Counted from the first letter of the stretch, positions 10,431-20,496 are shown. The stretch: 64,000 bases of DNA from an uncultured Acidimicrobiales bacterium (GCA_943788915.1 CALSSD010000001.1:1-64000); one strand, 5' to 3'. A program made the numbers and translations. The notes: a model not told the origin generated them from the sequence alone.

Positions 10431-10459
10431 AACGAACCGGTGCCTGGCACCGGTTCGTT
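10431..10459. repeat. Perfect intergenic palindrome with GGTGCCTGGCACC core (REP-like or terminator)
   Basis: AACGAACCGGTGCC-T-GGCACCGGTTCGTT. Confidence 0.8.
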
Positions 10460-10472
10460 GTTAGCGAAGTGT

Positions 10473-11237
10473 TCAGGTGCCGGCGAGTGCCGCTACGACC
10501 GGAACGAAGCTGTCGATTGCGTCGGACTGCGCGGTCACGTAGGAACCCTGCCACCGCTCGCGTTGCTCGATGAGTTCTTCGACGATCTGTTCGGCCGAGC
10601 CCACCAGTGTGTGGGGCTGGCCAGAATCGTGGCTGCGTCCATACCCATGCCGCCGCCGACCTTCTCCGAGACAGCGTCGCGACCGTCGGTCACGATGGTT
10701 ACCAACTTCAAGATGCTGATCTCGATGTCATCGAAACGATCACCTGCTGCATCGCGGACCCAGCCGAGCTTCTCCTCAGTTGCTTCAGACGACATGGACT
10801 TGATCGCTTCGGGACTGATAACGCCTTCGACCACATTGGGGTGCACGCCCACAATGTCGGCCATACGAGCTGCGGTCGACAGCACACGTTTGCCGCCGCC
10901 ACCAACGATGATCGGAGGGCCACCTGCCTGCACCGGCTTAGGCATGCCGTTCATCTCAGTGATCGTGTAGTGGTTGCCTTCGAGTGAGAACGCATCATCG
11001 CCCCACAGGCCACGAAGCACCTTGATGCCTTCGATCATGCGATCGATACGAACGCCCGCACGATCATGGGTCATGCCGGTTTGCGCCTCGTCGGTGGCCC
11101 TCCAGCCGGCGCCCATACCGACTTCGAGTCGGCCGTCGCTCAACAGGTCGAGCGTGGTCATTTCCTTGGCGAGATACGCAGGATGACGGAAGTCGTTGGC
11201 GAACACGAGCGTGCCGACCCGCAGCGTTTCCGTCGCA
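10473..11237 (-). pseudogene. LLM-class F420-dependent oxidoreductase (TIGR03621-like), N-terminus missing, plus frameshift near 10605
   Basis: Begins abruptly at ATETLRVGTLVFANDFRHP...LSDGRLEVGMGAGW with no start codon or first beta-strands; C-terminus recovered in another frame (GSAEQIVEELIEQRERW...LAGT stop). Confidence 0.7.
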
Positions 11238-11254
11238 GGTCCTCGGGTTACGAC

Positions 11255-11851
11255 TCAGCGAAACAGAGCACCAAGGGCTGCTGCCACCACCGCATGTGTG
11301 TCATCAGCCGACAGTTGCCGGTGCCGGCGCAAGAAGTCGACCGCATCGAGTTGGGTCAACAAGTCGCCTGCGTTCAGAACGTGTTCGCGTTCTTTGGTGC
11401 TGAGCCCTTCGAGTTCCGGCGCAAACTGCAACACGAACTGATCGCGCATGAGTTCACGATTCGAGGCAAGCTCCGCTGCCACCCGCGGATGATGGGCAGC
11501 ATTAGCCATCGTTGCCCGAAAGGTCGGTCCCGATATTTCGTGCAGCCGGAGCCGCATGGCAACAAAATCGTCTATTCGGTCGGCAACGAATCCTTGGCCG
11601 ATGGCAGGGAGCAGGACCGCTTCGGCAACCTGTTCGCGGCTACGCACGATGACTGCTTCGAGCAGCTCAGCGGGATCGGCAAAGTACCGATACAGCGACC
11701 TCAGTGACAGCCCAGATCGTTTGGCGACTTGTTCGATAGTCGGGAAAAGCGACTCTTCGGCAAACATTTCGAGCACGACATCGAGCACGCTGTTGATGTT
11801 GCGCTCACGGCGGGCAACGCGGCCATCGGCAGGGGCTTCCACGTCGTTCAT
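11255..11851 (-). CDS. TetR/AcrR-family regulator
   Basis: DGRVARRERN...PTIEQVAKRSGLSLRSLYRYF HTH. Confidence 0.85.
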   Translation of the reverse strand: MNDVEAPADGRVARRERNINSVLDVVLEMFAEESLFPTIEQVAKRSGLSLRSLYRYFADPAELLEAVIVRSREQVAEAVLLPAIGQGFVADRIDDFVAMRLRLHEISGPTFRATMANAAHHPRVAAELASNRELMRDQFVLQFAPELEGLSTKEREHVLNAGDLLTQLDAVDFLRRHRQLSADDTHAVVAAALGALFR

Positions 11852-11936
11852 CGCTCTCGACGCTAGCAACCCCCGGTCGCCGAAACGTCGCGCAATCGTG
11901 TCCTCCAATTGTTGCCACCCCAGGGACGTCAACAAT

Positions 11937-12407
11937 TCAGTCGAGTGGTTTGGAGGCCCGGATCATTTCTTCTTCAAAGCCGAGGCGTTCGTAAAGCGAG
12001 CGGGCCCGGTGGTTGGCGGTCATCACGTTCAAGCTCATCACCGCAGCACCGCGCTGGCGGCCGTCGGACTCGATCTCAGCAATAAGCCGACTGCCGAGGC
12101 CATGTCCGTCTACCCGTTCGTCAATAACGACGACCTCAAGATGCACGGCAGGTTGGCCAGTGAAGGAGTCTTCGATCATCGAACCAACAGCAACCGCCAC
12201 CACTTCTTGTGCAGTGTCGGTGGCGACGCGGACCCACGTCTGGGGGCGCTCCCCCGATGCCCACTCGGCCACGGCGACCCCGTCGTACCGCCACACATCT
12301 TCGGTCGTGAGTCGGCGTGGGGCGGGAAAGTCAGCCAACCGGGGAAGTAACTTCTGGATCGCTGCGAGATCCGACACTTCGGCCATACGAATAACGAAGG
12401 TGCTCAT
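11937..12407 (-). CDS. GNAT-family N-acetyltransferase
   Basis: GHGLGSRL motif A and N.RARSLYERLGF. Confidence 0.8.
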   Translation of the reverse strand: MSTFVIRMAEVSDLAAIQKLLPRLADFPAPRRLTTEDVWRYDGVAVAEWASGERPQTWVRVATDTAQEVVAVAVGSMIEDSFTGQPAVHLEVVVIDERVDGHGLGSRLIAEIESDGRQRGAAVMSLNVMTANHRARSLYERLGFEEEMIRASKPLD

Positions 12408-12497
12408 AGAAGGACCGTAGCTTTCGGCGTTGCGAGTTGAGACGTACCAGCCAGGCCGGGTTGGGGCTTGCCGAACTTGCCGCCAAGCTGGTCGGCG

Positions 12498-13355
12498 ATG
12501 TCCATACAACCCGAACTCACCGTCTCTCACACCAGCACCGTCACGCCAGACCAGATCGACGAACTTGGGCACATGAACGTGCGCTGGTACGGCGCCAACG
12601 CGGTGGCCGCAACGGCAGCCATGTGTGAACGACTCGGTATCGGCAGCCCTGCACTGCACAGCACCTATACCCGCCATCATCACGAGCAGATGGAGGGCAA
12701 CCAGCTTGAAGTCCGCAGCGCCGTTCTTGGTGCTGCAGGACATCTGCACCTCTTCCACGAACTCCGCAATCAGACCAACAACGACCTGGCAGCCACGTTC
12801 GTGCACGAGTTGGAGCATCCACAAATCGAGACCCCCGGCATCCAACTTCCTGACTATGGCCAGGCCCGCTCGATCGATCTCGGGATCGATCGACTGGCAT
12901 CGGCGCCATCACTCGATGAGCTCCGCAGCCGTGGACTCGCAACCCGCATCGCACGCACCGTGACAACCGAAGACTCGATGGACGCCGACATCGTGCCGAC
13001 CTGGCTCACCAACAATCTGATCTGGGGCGGCGAACGCCCTGATGGTGAAACCGATTGGATCCGCGACACCGCAGACGGCGACCGTGTCGCCTTCGCAAGT
13101 ATGGAAACACGATTGAGTGTGGGTCGGCCAGTAGCCGTCGGAACTCGGATCCAGACCTTCGGTGCCGTGATCGCTCTGGGCACGAAGATCTCACATGACT
13201 TGAACTGGGTCTTCGATCTGGATACCGACGAGCTACTGGCGGTGGCTGAAACTATCGATCTGGCATTCAGCATCCCCAACCGCCGCTCCCGCGAAATCCC
13301 GCCCGAGGTTCGTGCACGCGAAGAAGCCCGCCTTCACCCTGACCTCGCCCGCTGA
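12498..13355 (+). CDS. Acyl-CoA thioesterase-like double hot-dog protein
   Basis: VTPDQIDELGHMNVRWY 4HBT motif and second domain ending IPNRRSREIP. Confidence 0.75.
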   Translation: MSIQPELTVSHTSTVTPDQIDELGHMNVRWYGANAVAATAAMCERLGIGSPALHSTYTRHHHEQMEGNQLEVRSAVLGAAGHLHLFHELRNQTNNDLAATFVHELEHPQIETPGIQLPDYGQARSIDLGIDRLASAPSLDELRSRGLATRIARTVTTEDSMDADIVPTWLTNNLIWGGERPDGETDWIRDTADGDRVAFASMETRLSVGRPVAVGTRIQTFGAVIALGTKISHDLNWVFDLDTDELLAVAETIDLAFSIPNRRSREIPPEVRAREEARLHPDLAR

Positions 13356-13426
13356 ACAGTCAGAGCGTTGCCGTGTACTGCGTGTTCACCTGGCAATTGT
13401 TTTGACAGAGCAACTAGTGTGAGGCC

Positions 13427-14500
13427 ATGTACTTCGAAGTCAATCGGCAGAACTTTCGAGAGACCCGAGTCGCCGAGCCTGAGCCCCAGCCACTTGAGCC
13501 TGGGCAGGTTCGACTGGCCATCGAACGATTCGCAGTAACCACGAACAACATCACATATGCCGTGGCCGGCGACATGCTCGATTACTGGGGTTTCTTCCCC
13601 GTCGACGATCAGTGGGGTCGCCTTCCCGTCATGGGCCTGGCCGAGATCACCGAGTCGGCCAACCCGAACATCAACGTGGGCGGCCGGTACTTCGGCTTCT
13701 ACCCCATGGCTGACCAGGTCGTGATCGATGCGCAAAGCGCAAGCGGCGCGTTCCGCGACGCCGGGCCTCACCGATCCAACCATGCAGTGGTGTACACCGG
13801 CTTCCGCAATGTGGCCGACGACCCAGACTTTCGTCCAGAACTCGCGAACGAATACTTGTTGTTGTGGGGCATGTTCATGACCTCGTTCCTGGCCGACGAC
13901 TACCTGGCCGACAACAACTTCCACGGCGCAAAACAGACCCTGGTGACCAGTGCATCGTCGAAGACATCGATCAGCCTGGCTGCATGCCTGGCCAAACGAG
14001 GCGGCCATCGTGCCGTCGGGCTCACGTCGGAACGCAACCGGGCGTTCGTCGAAGGGCTCGGACTGTACGACCAGGTGATCACCTACGACGAGATCGACCA
14101 ACTCGATTCGTCGGTCGCTTCCGGCATGGTCGACATGGCTGGCAGTGGCACAGTGCGCACCAATGTGCACAACCACTTCGCCGACAACCTGCAGTACTCG
14201 CTTACCGTTGGCGCAACCCACTGGGAAGACATGGCGGGCGAAGCCGCATTGCCGGGCCCTACTCCTGAGATGTTCTTCGCCCCCGGCCAAAGCGCGAAAC
14301 GGGCCAAAGACTGGGGCGCCAACGAACTAGCACGTCGGGTCGATGGCGCCTTCGCCTCGTTACTCGACAGTTCGAGCGACTGGCTCACCGTCGACCACCG
14401 CACCGGTGCCGATGGCATCCAACAGGTCTATAACCAACTCGTAAACGGCACGGCGAATCCGTCGTCGGGCTTCATCGTGTCGATGGGAGACGCCGAATGA
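13427..14500 (+). CDS. DUF2855-family protein
   Basis: FAVTTNNITYA...YWGFFP; SASSKTS; GLTS..N..FV; VGATHW; FFAP. Confidence 0.8.
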   Translation: MYFEVNRQNFRETRVAEPEPQPLEPGQVRLAIERFAVTTNNITYAVAGDMLDYWGFFPVDDQWGRLPVMGLAEITESANPNINVGGRYFGFYPMADQVVIDAQSASGAFRDAGPHRSNHAVVYTGFRNVADDPDFRPELANEYLLLWGMFMTSFLADDYLADNNFHGAKQTLVTSASSKTSISLAACLAKRGGHRAVGLTSERNRAFVEGLGLYDQVITYDEIDQLDSSVASGMVDMAGSGTVRTNVHNHFADNLQYSLTVGATHWEDMAGEAALPGPTPEMFFAPGQSAKRAKDWGANELARRVDGAFASLLDSSSDWLTVDHRTGADGIQQVYNQLVNGTANPSSGFIVSMGDAE

Positions 14501-15534
14501 ATATCACTAGTGAACACCCGCTCGTCCTCGCCGGGCAGTACGGCTCGCCATACACACTGAAGATGCGGGCAGTCTTGCGTTATCGCCATATCCCGTTTCG
14601 CTGGGTTTTGCGGGATTCCAAGTGGGACGACACTCCTACGCCACCGGTGCCGCTGATCCCAGTGATCGTCTACCCCAACAAAGACGGCAGTCATGGTGAG
14701 GCCACCGTTGATTCATCGCCCCAGATCATGCGCCTCGAAGGTGAGTTCGCTGGCCGTAGCACGGTTCCGACGGACCCGGCACTGGCATTCATCGACTCGT
14801 TGATCGAGGACTACGGCGACGAGTGGGTCACCAAGGCGATGTACCACTACCGGTGGGCCTACCAAGACGACATCGACAAGGCAGGCAAACTGCTCCCCAT
14901 CTCTCGCAACCTGCAAATGGGTAGCGACCAGGCCCAGCAGATGTACGACTACATCACCACTCGCCAGATCTCGCGGCGTGAGCTTGTTGGATCGACCGAA
15001 CTGAACCAGCCGATCATCGAGAGCTCCTATGAACGGCTTCTTGACATCATGCAGGAACAGTTCGCCACCAATGATTTCATGCTTGGCGATCGGCCAGGAC
15101 GAGGCGACTTCGGCATCTACGGCCAGTTCACCCAGCTAGTGAAATGGGATCCAACATCGATGGCAGTGGCAGCCAAACGAGCAATTAAAACGGTGAACTG
15201 GACCGATCGCATGGATGACCTTTCCTGGCTGCCCGTCGACGGTGATAGTGGCTGGGTAACACTCGAAGACCTACCAGCAGCCACCCGCAAACTGCTCGCG
15301 GAGATCGGTAGCACCTACGCCCCGTTCATGGTCGCAAACGCGCAGGCACTCATGTCCGGCGCCGACGAGGCGGTATGTGAGATTCACGGTCAGACCTACC
15401 GCCAAGGGCCGTTCGCCTACCAGGGCAAATGCCTGAAGTGGCTGCGCGACGACTATGCCGCACTCAGCGACGCCGACCGATTGCGTGTCGACGCCGCCCT
15501 CGATGGCACCGGTTGCGAAGTGCTCTTCACCTAG
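14497..15534 (+). CDS. Glutathione S-transferase-like protein
   Basis: GSPYTLKMRAVLRYR, DSSP, IEDYGDEW..KAMYHYRW; ATGA overlap with the DUF2855 gene. Confidence 0.8.
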   Translation: MNITSEHPLVLAGQYGSPYTLKMRAVLRYRHIPFRWVLRDSKWDDTPTPPVPLIPVIVYPNKDGSHGEATVDSSPQIMRLEGEFAGRSTVPTDPALAFIDSLIEDYGDEWVTKAMYHYRWAYQDDIDKAGKLLPISRNLQMGSDQAQQMYDYITTRQISRRELVGSTELNQPIIESSYERLLDIMQEQFATNDFMLGDRPGRGDFGIYGQFTQLVKWDPTSMAVAAKRAIKTVNWTDRMDDLSWLPVDGDSGWVTLEDLPAATRKLLAEIGSTYAPFMVANAQALMSGADEAVCEIHGQTYRQGPFAYQGKCLKWLRDDYAALSDADRLRVDAALDGTGCEVLFT

Positions 15535-15709
15535 CCTCCAGCACGGCCGGAATGGCCGTTAAATGATCAGTCCATCTCGACCAGCTGAGCAAACAGCTGC
15601 AATCGAGGCTGCCAGCTCTTATCTCGCTCGCGGTCCTCTTCGTCCGGCGCAACATACCCATGCGCCCACCTACCGCGCCCACCTACGGCGGTCGGACTAC
15701 TGGCGGGGA

Positions 15710-17992
15710 CTACTGGCGGGACATCTCGGTTTTGGCGGTGGCTTCGGCGTCTTTACGAGAGCGTTGGCCAAGCTGAATCTCGATCTGATGCAACGTGCCG
15801 GTGAACGGAAACGTGCCGGTGTACTGCTGTGACACCTGCGAGCCGAAGTCCATACCCACGCTGGCGCCGAGCGATGAGATCATGCGCATCATGAACGGCA
15901 ACTCGGCGCTTCCGGCTGCTTCACCGTCAATAGCGATCGACATGATGCCGGTCGTGCGACTGTTACGAGCGAGGCTGACACCGAGAACACAATCACCCTC
16001 GGGCACCACAATGTCTGACTCGAGCACAGTGCGTTCGTCGAACGAGTTGTAGTCGATCAACAGCCGGTCGTTCTGGACAAAGATCGAGATACCCGAGCTG
16101 GCACTGCCGGTTGCCCAAATAACGCCTTCGTCGCCTGCCGCCCGAGTGACCGAGGCAGTCATGTCCCACGAGCGTCCACCTGGTGACGGTGATGGCTGGG
16201 CGGGAATCGGCGACATCGGCGGCCGATACACATATGTGCGGTCGAGACGATGCGGACTCGTATCGCTCAGATGAGGAGCGAAGAGCTCCAACCCGCGATC
16301 GTCGAGCGGCAACACACCATTACGTTCGGCCTCGCTCCACCACAACTCGATAAGTTCGGTGAGCTTGTCGGGACTGTCACCCGCTACATCATTGCATTCG
16401 GACATGTCGTCCGACAGCCGGTAGAGCTCCCACGTGTCGTCTTCGAAGTCGACACCCGCTTGATGGCGAGCGACCGCCTTCCACCACACGCCGTCCTGTT
16501 CGACAATCAGCGCTCGCGACCCACCGTTCTCGAAGTACTGAATCGTGTTCGTTGCCGGAGCAGCTGGATCGCTCAGCGTGGAAACGAACGAGTCGCCCGT
16601 GACTGGCATCTGGTCGATCCCCTTGAAGACCTCGGGCGCGGTCACGCCGAGGATCTCATAGATCGTTGGTGTGATATCGGAGACGTTCACGAACTGGTTG
16701 CGCTTGGTACCAGCCTGTGACTGGTCGATACCGGCGGGCCAATGGAACACCATCGGCACGTGCACGCCCCCCTCGTGGGTGTTCTGCTTGTACCACTTGA
16801 ACGGGCTATTGCCGCACTGCGACCAACCCCACGGATAGTTGGTATGGCTGTCGGGGCCACCAATGTCATCCAGGCGATCCATCACGTCATCGGGATCTTC
16901 GAGCAGACCGTTGAAGAACTTCATCTCGTGCATGACGCCAAATGGGCCGCCTTCTTGTGAAGCCCCGTTGTCGGCCAGGACGACAAAGATGGTGTTGTCG
17001 AGTTCACCCATGTTGCGGATGCCTTCGACTAAACGTCCGATCTGGTCGTCGGTGTGATCCAGGAATGCGGCGAACGCTTCCTGCAGCCGGCAGGCAAACT
17101 TCTGGTGGCTCTCGGGCAGGGTGTCCCATGCCTCGACACCTGGATTACGCGGCGCAAGTTGTGTGCCCTCGGGGATCACACCCGTCTTGATCTGACGGTC
17201 AAACCAACGCTCGCGGATGACATCCCAGCCCTCGTCGTAACGACCCTTGTACTTGTCGAGGTATGCCTGCGGCGCCTGGTGCGGGGCATGGGTTGCCCCA
17301 AACGGAACATAGGCGAAGAACGGCCGATCAGGTCGGACACCCTTGCTGTCGCTGAGCATCAGCAACAGCTGATCGACCATGTCTTCGCTCAGGTGGTACC
17401 CCTCTTCAGCCGTAGCCGGTGGTTCGGTCTTGTGATTGTCGATCACCAACTCAGGGTGAAATTGGTCGGTCTCACCTTCGAGGAATCCGTAGAAACGATC
17501 GAAACCTCGGGCCAGCGGCCACTGGTCGAACGGGCCAGCGGCGGAGATGTCCTGGGTCGGCGCCAGGTGCCACTTCCCCACGCAGTAGGTGCCGTATCCC
17601 TCGGCCTTGAGCACTTCGGCAACCGTGGCCGCATGGTTTGAGATATGGCCAAGCTGGTTGGGGAAGCCGGTGCGCCAGTTCGACACACCTCGCATACCAA
17701 CCGCATGTTGGGACCGGCCGGTGAGCAGCGATGCCCGGGTCGGCGAACACAACGGAGCGACATGGAAGTTCGTGTACTGCAGCCCGTCCGCAGCGAGCGC
17801 ATCGACATTGGGCGTGTCGATGTCAGATCCGAAACAACCGAACTGGGCGAAGCCTGTGTCGTCGAGCAGCACGATCACCACATTCGGAGCACCCTCCCCC
17901 GGGTGTGGCGGATCTTCGAAGTGCGCCTCGCTGTCGGCCAACGTCCGGCCAACCGTGCCCTTGAAGTTCTGTGTCGTCAGTGGTGCGTTCAT
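15710..17992 (-). CDS. Arylsulfatase (Cys-type formylglycine-dependent, AtsA/AtsD-like)
   Basis: CSPTRASLLTGR signature, GKWHL, DNGAS.EG. Confidence 0.9.
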   Translation of the reverse strand: MNAPLTTQNFKGTVGRTLADSEAHFEDPPHPGEGAPNVVIVLLDDTGFAQFGCFGSDIDTPNVDALAADGLQYTNFHVAPLCSPTRASLLTGRSQHAVGMRGVSNWRTGFPNQLGHISNHAATVAEVLKAEGYGTYCVGKWHLAPTQDISAAGPFDQWPLARGFDRFYGFLEGETDQFHPELVIDNHKTEPPATAEEGYHLSEDMVDQLLLMLSDSKGVRPDRPFFAYVPFGATHAPHQAPQAYLDKYKGRYDEGWDVIRERWFDRQIKTGVIPEGTQLAPRNPGVEAWDTLPESHQKFACRLQEAFAAFLDHTDDQIGRLVEGIRNMGELDNTIFVVLADNGASQEGGPFGVMHEMKFFNGLLEDPDDVMDRLDDIGGPDSHTNYPWGWSQCGNSPFKWYKQNTHEGGVHVPMVFHWPAGIDQSQAGTKRNQFVNVSDITPTIYEILGVTAPEVFKGIDQMPVTGDSFVSTLSDPAAPATNTIQYFENGGSRALIVEQDGVWWKAVARHQAGVDFEDDTWELYRLSDDMSECNDVAGDSPDKLTELIELWWSEAERNGVLPLDDRGLELFAPHLSDTSPHRLDRTYVYRPPMSPIPAQPSPSPGGRSWDMTASVTRAAGDEGVIWATGSASSGISIFVQNDRLLIDYNSFDERTVLESDIVVPEGDCVLGVSLARNSRTTGIMSIAIDGEAAGSAELPFMMRMISSLGASVGMDFGSQVSQQYTGTFPFTGTLHQIEIQLGQRSRKDAEATAKTEMSRQ

Positions 17993-18006
17993 ATTTCGTC
18001 CTCCAC

Positions 18007-18040
18007 GAAAAGTTACCTCCCCAGGGGGACATAACTTTTC
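18007..18040. repeat. REP-like palindrome, family B copy 1
   Basis: GAAAAGTTACCTCCCCAGGGGGACATAACTTTTC; near-identical copy at 63865-63898. Confidence 0.8.
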
Positions 18041-18860
18041 AGACGGTGATGGTGGTCAGGTCGTCGCCGATGATGACTTCGCCGTCGTAGTGAGCCGCGG
18101 CAATGGCGATCCACTCGGGGTATTGCTCGGGGGTGGGTGCCGGGACCATATGGGTGAGGGCGAGCCGTTTGGCACCGGCTCGGGTTGCCGACTGAGCGGC
18201 TTCGACGACACCTGAGTGATAGTCGAGGATGTCCTGCAGCATGACATTGGGGATCTGTTCCACGATGTCTCGACGGATCACCGTTTGGACATACACATCA
18301 GCATTGGCCGCGAGTTCGTCAACGCCGTCGCATGGGATCGTGTCGCCAACAAGAGCGGCAGTTGAACCTTCGTGTTCGAAACGGAAGCCGATGGTGGGGT
18401 GCACTGGCGCATGCATGGTTGCTGCGGTCGTGATGTGTACATCGTTGAGGTCGAACGAGTCGCCGGGCTCGAGTTCGGTGACGTCGACCCTGGGGCCTTC
18501 GGTCAGCGGTTCGTGGTGGGCAATGCGGTAACCGACGTCGAGCTCAAGCGCATGCATCTGTCGCTTCACGAACTCGGCGATACCCGGCGGGCCGTAGATC
18601 TTGAGCGTGCCATTGCCCTGTGTCATGACCCAGTTCATCGTGATCACATCGTTGAGGTCGCAGATGTGATCGCTATGTAGATGGGTGATCAGCACCCCGG
18701 CCAGCCGATGCGGCATCGAACCGGCGCCGGCCATTCGCATGACCACACCTCGGCCAGCGTCCACCAGGATATGGGTGTCGCCTGCCTTCACCAGTGATGA
18801 AGGACCAGCCCGGTTTGCGTCGGGAAGCGGCGAGCCAGTACCGGTCAGAACGATGTCCAT
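18039..18860 (-). CDS. Metallo-beta-lactamase fold hydrolase (RNase Z/ElaC/AtsA-like)
   Basis: LTGTGSP, DAGRG, THLHSDH, GDT, YH and LTHMVP motifs. Confidence 0.85.
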   Translation of the reverse strand: MDIVLTGTGSPLPDANRAGPSSLVKAGDTHILVDAGRGVVMRMAGAGSMPHRLAGVLITHLHSDHICDLNDVITMNWVMTQGNGTLKIYGPPGIAEFVKRQMHALELDVGYRIAHHEPLTEGPRVDVTELEPGDSFDLNDVHITTAATMHAPVHPTIGFRFEHEGSTAALVGDTIPCDGVDELAANADVYVQTVIRRDIVEQIPNVMLQDILDYHSGVVEAAQSATRAGAKRLALTHMVPAPTPEQYPEWIAIAAAHYDGEVIIGDDLTTITV

Positions 18861-18889
18861 TACGACGATGTCTCCTGTGAACTCTGTGG

Positions 18890-18906
18890 CGCAATAAAGT
18901 ATTGCG
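18890..18906. promoter_or_regulatory. Palindromic operator-like site in AT-rich divergent promoter
   Basis: CGCAATA-AAG-TATTGCG between divergent genes; TAATAAT/CATAAT -10-like tracts nearby. Confidence 0.5.
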
Positions 18907-18984
18907 ACTCACATTCGCATAATAATGCCATGCCAAGGTCTTCGCCCAAGTCAAGCAGACCACGAGCTCGCCTAGGGTGACACC

Positions 18985-19689
18985 ATGAGCCTGGAAACGA
19001 TGCCCGAGGATTGGTCCACAGCCCTAGCGGTCGTCGCCCATCCCGACGACATGGAATACGGCGCAGCGGCTGCCGTCGCCCGCTGGACCACACAAGGCAA
19101 ACACATCGTGTACGTGCTGGTCACCGATGGCGAGGCTGGGATCTCAGGCATGGACCCCAGCCAGGTCGGTCCGCTACGGCGAGACGAGCAGATAGCGGCC
19201 TGCCAAACGGTTGGCGTCACCGACGTGGAGTTCATGGGGCTTCCCGATGGGCTCGTGGTCGAAGGACTCGAGTTGCGGGCTGCGTTATGTGAACCTATTC
19301 GCCGCCACAAACCCGACGTCGTCTTGTCGATCAACCACCGAGACTCGTGGGGTGGGCCCAGTTGGAATCACCCCGACCACCGAGCGGTTGGTCGCGGACT
19401 CCTTGATGCAGTGCGCGACGCAGCGAACCCGTGGGTCTTCGACGATGCAGGCGCCCCATGGGATGGCGTGCGATTCGTTGCCTTCTCGGGCAGCCCTCAG
19501 GCCACCCATGGCGTAGACGTCACCGACTCGTTCGATACTGGCGTGGCATCGCTCGCGTGCCACGCCGTGTACCTGGCGAACATCGGTGGCGACATGGCCT
19601 CGCCCGACGCATTCCTGCGTGGCGGAGCTACTGCAGCGGGCGAAGAACTCGGTGTTGAACTAGCAGCCAGCTTCGAAATAATCGGCTAG
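18985..19689 (+). CDS. PIG-L/LmbE-family deacetylase
   Basis: AHPDDME and HPDH zinc motifs. Confidence 0.85.
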   Translation: MSLETMPEDWSTALAVVAHPDDMEYGAAAAVARWTTQGKHIVYVLVTDGEAGISGMDPSQVGPLRRDEQIAACQTVGVTDVEFMGLPDGLVVEGLELRAALCEPIRRHKPDVVLSINHRDSWGGPSWNHPDHRAVGRGLLDAVRDAANPWVFDDAGAPWDGVRFVAFSGSPQATHGVDVTDSFDTGVASLACHAVYLANIGGDMASPDAFLRGGATAAGEELGVELAASFEIIG

Positions 19690-19702
19690 GCGCCACCGAC
19701 AG

Positions 19703-20383
19703 TTACTCGTCGAAGCCCACAAAAGACACGACGTCCTCGTTCGACACTCGGCGTGACACCACGCTGTTCGCGACGAATTCATCGTTTGGCCAGCCCATGG
19801 CCACGCAGGTCATGATGACCTCGTTCTCGGGGATGTTCCCGTGCTCTCGCACCACAGTTGACTGCATGATTCCCTGGCCGTTGATCACACAACCCAGGCC
19901 CTTCGAGGTTGCGGCGAGCACTAAGCCATAGGTGGCAGCCCCGCAGTCGAAGTGGGCCACCGTGTCGTCGGCGAGGTCCTTATCGATGGTGACCACTACC
20001 GATACCGGTGCATCGAACTGACGGAAGCCTCGCATGACCCAGTCCTGACGACGTTCCTTGTCATCTCGTTCGATACCCATGGCCTCGAACAACTGGATGG
20101 CAATCTCGACCTGACGGTCGCGGTGCACACCTTGATACCCGTGGCCAGACATCTTGATCTCACGATCGACAGCAGCCCCAGCGAGCATGCGTTCGGTGTT
20201 GCCTTCGCGAATCAGTTCCAGCGGTGCACCCGTGATCGCGTGGAAGTTCCACGGCTGAGTATTCATCGAGGATGGCGCACGTTTGGCCACTGCGATGATG
20301 TCTTCCATAAGTTCTCGAGAAACCGGGTCTGGTTTGTAGCCCCGGGTGCTGCGCCGAGACGCAACCAGTGTTTCGAAGTCCAC
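19703..20383 (-). CDS. Nitroreductase
   Basis: RRSTRGY, RAPSSMNTQPW, FDAP. Confidence 0.85.
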   Translation of the reverse strand: MDFETLVASRRSTRGYKPDPVSRELMEDIIAVAKRAPSSMNTQPWNFHAITGAPLELIREGNTERMLAGAAVDREIKMSGHGYQGVHRDRQVEIAIQLFEAMGIERDDKERRQDWVMRGFRQFDAPVSVVVTIDKDLADDTVAHFDCGAATYGLVLAATSKGLGCVINGQGIMQSTVVREHGNIPENEVIMTCVAMGWPNDEFVANSVVSRRVSNEDVVSFVGFDE

Positions 20384-20467
20384 GACTTCACCTTTCAGAT
20401 CTTGTGCCAGTGAGGCTAGCGAAAGCGCTCGCTCACCGGAAATGCAGCACTACAGCAGAGGCAGCTA

Positions 20468-20496
20468 AACATGACGGTGCCTGGCACCGTCATGTT
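20468..20496. repeat. Perfect intergenic palindrome with GGTGCCTGGCACC core
   Basis: AACATGACGGTGCC-T-GGCACCGTCATGTT; same core as 10431-10459. Confidence 0.8.
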
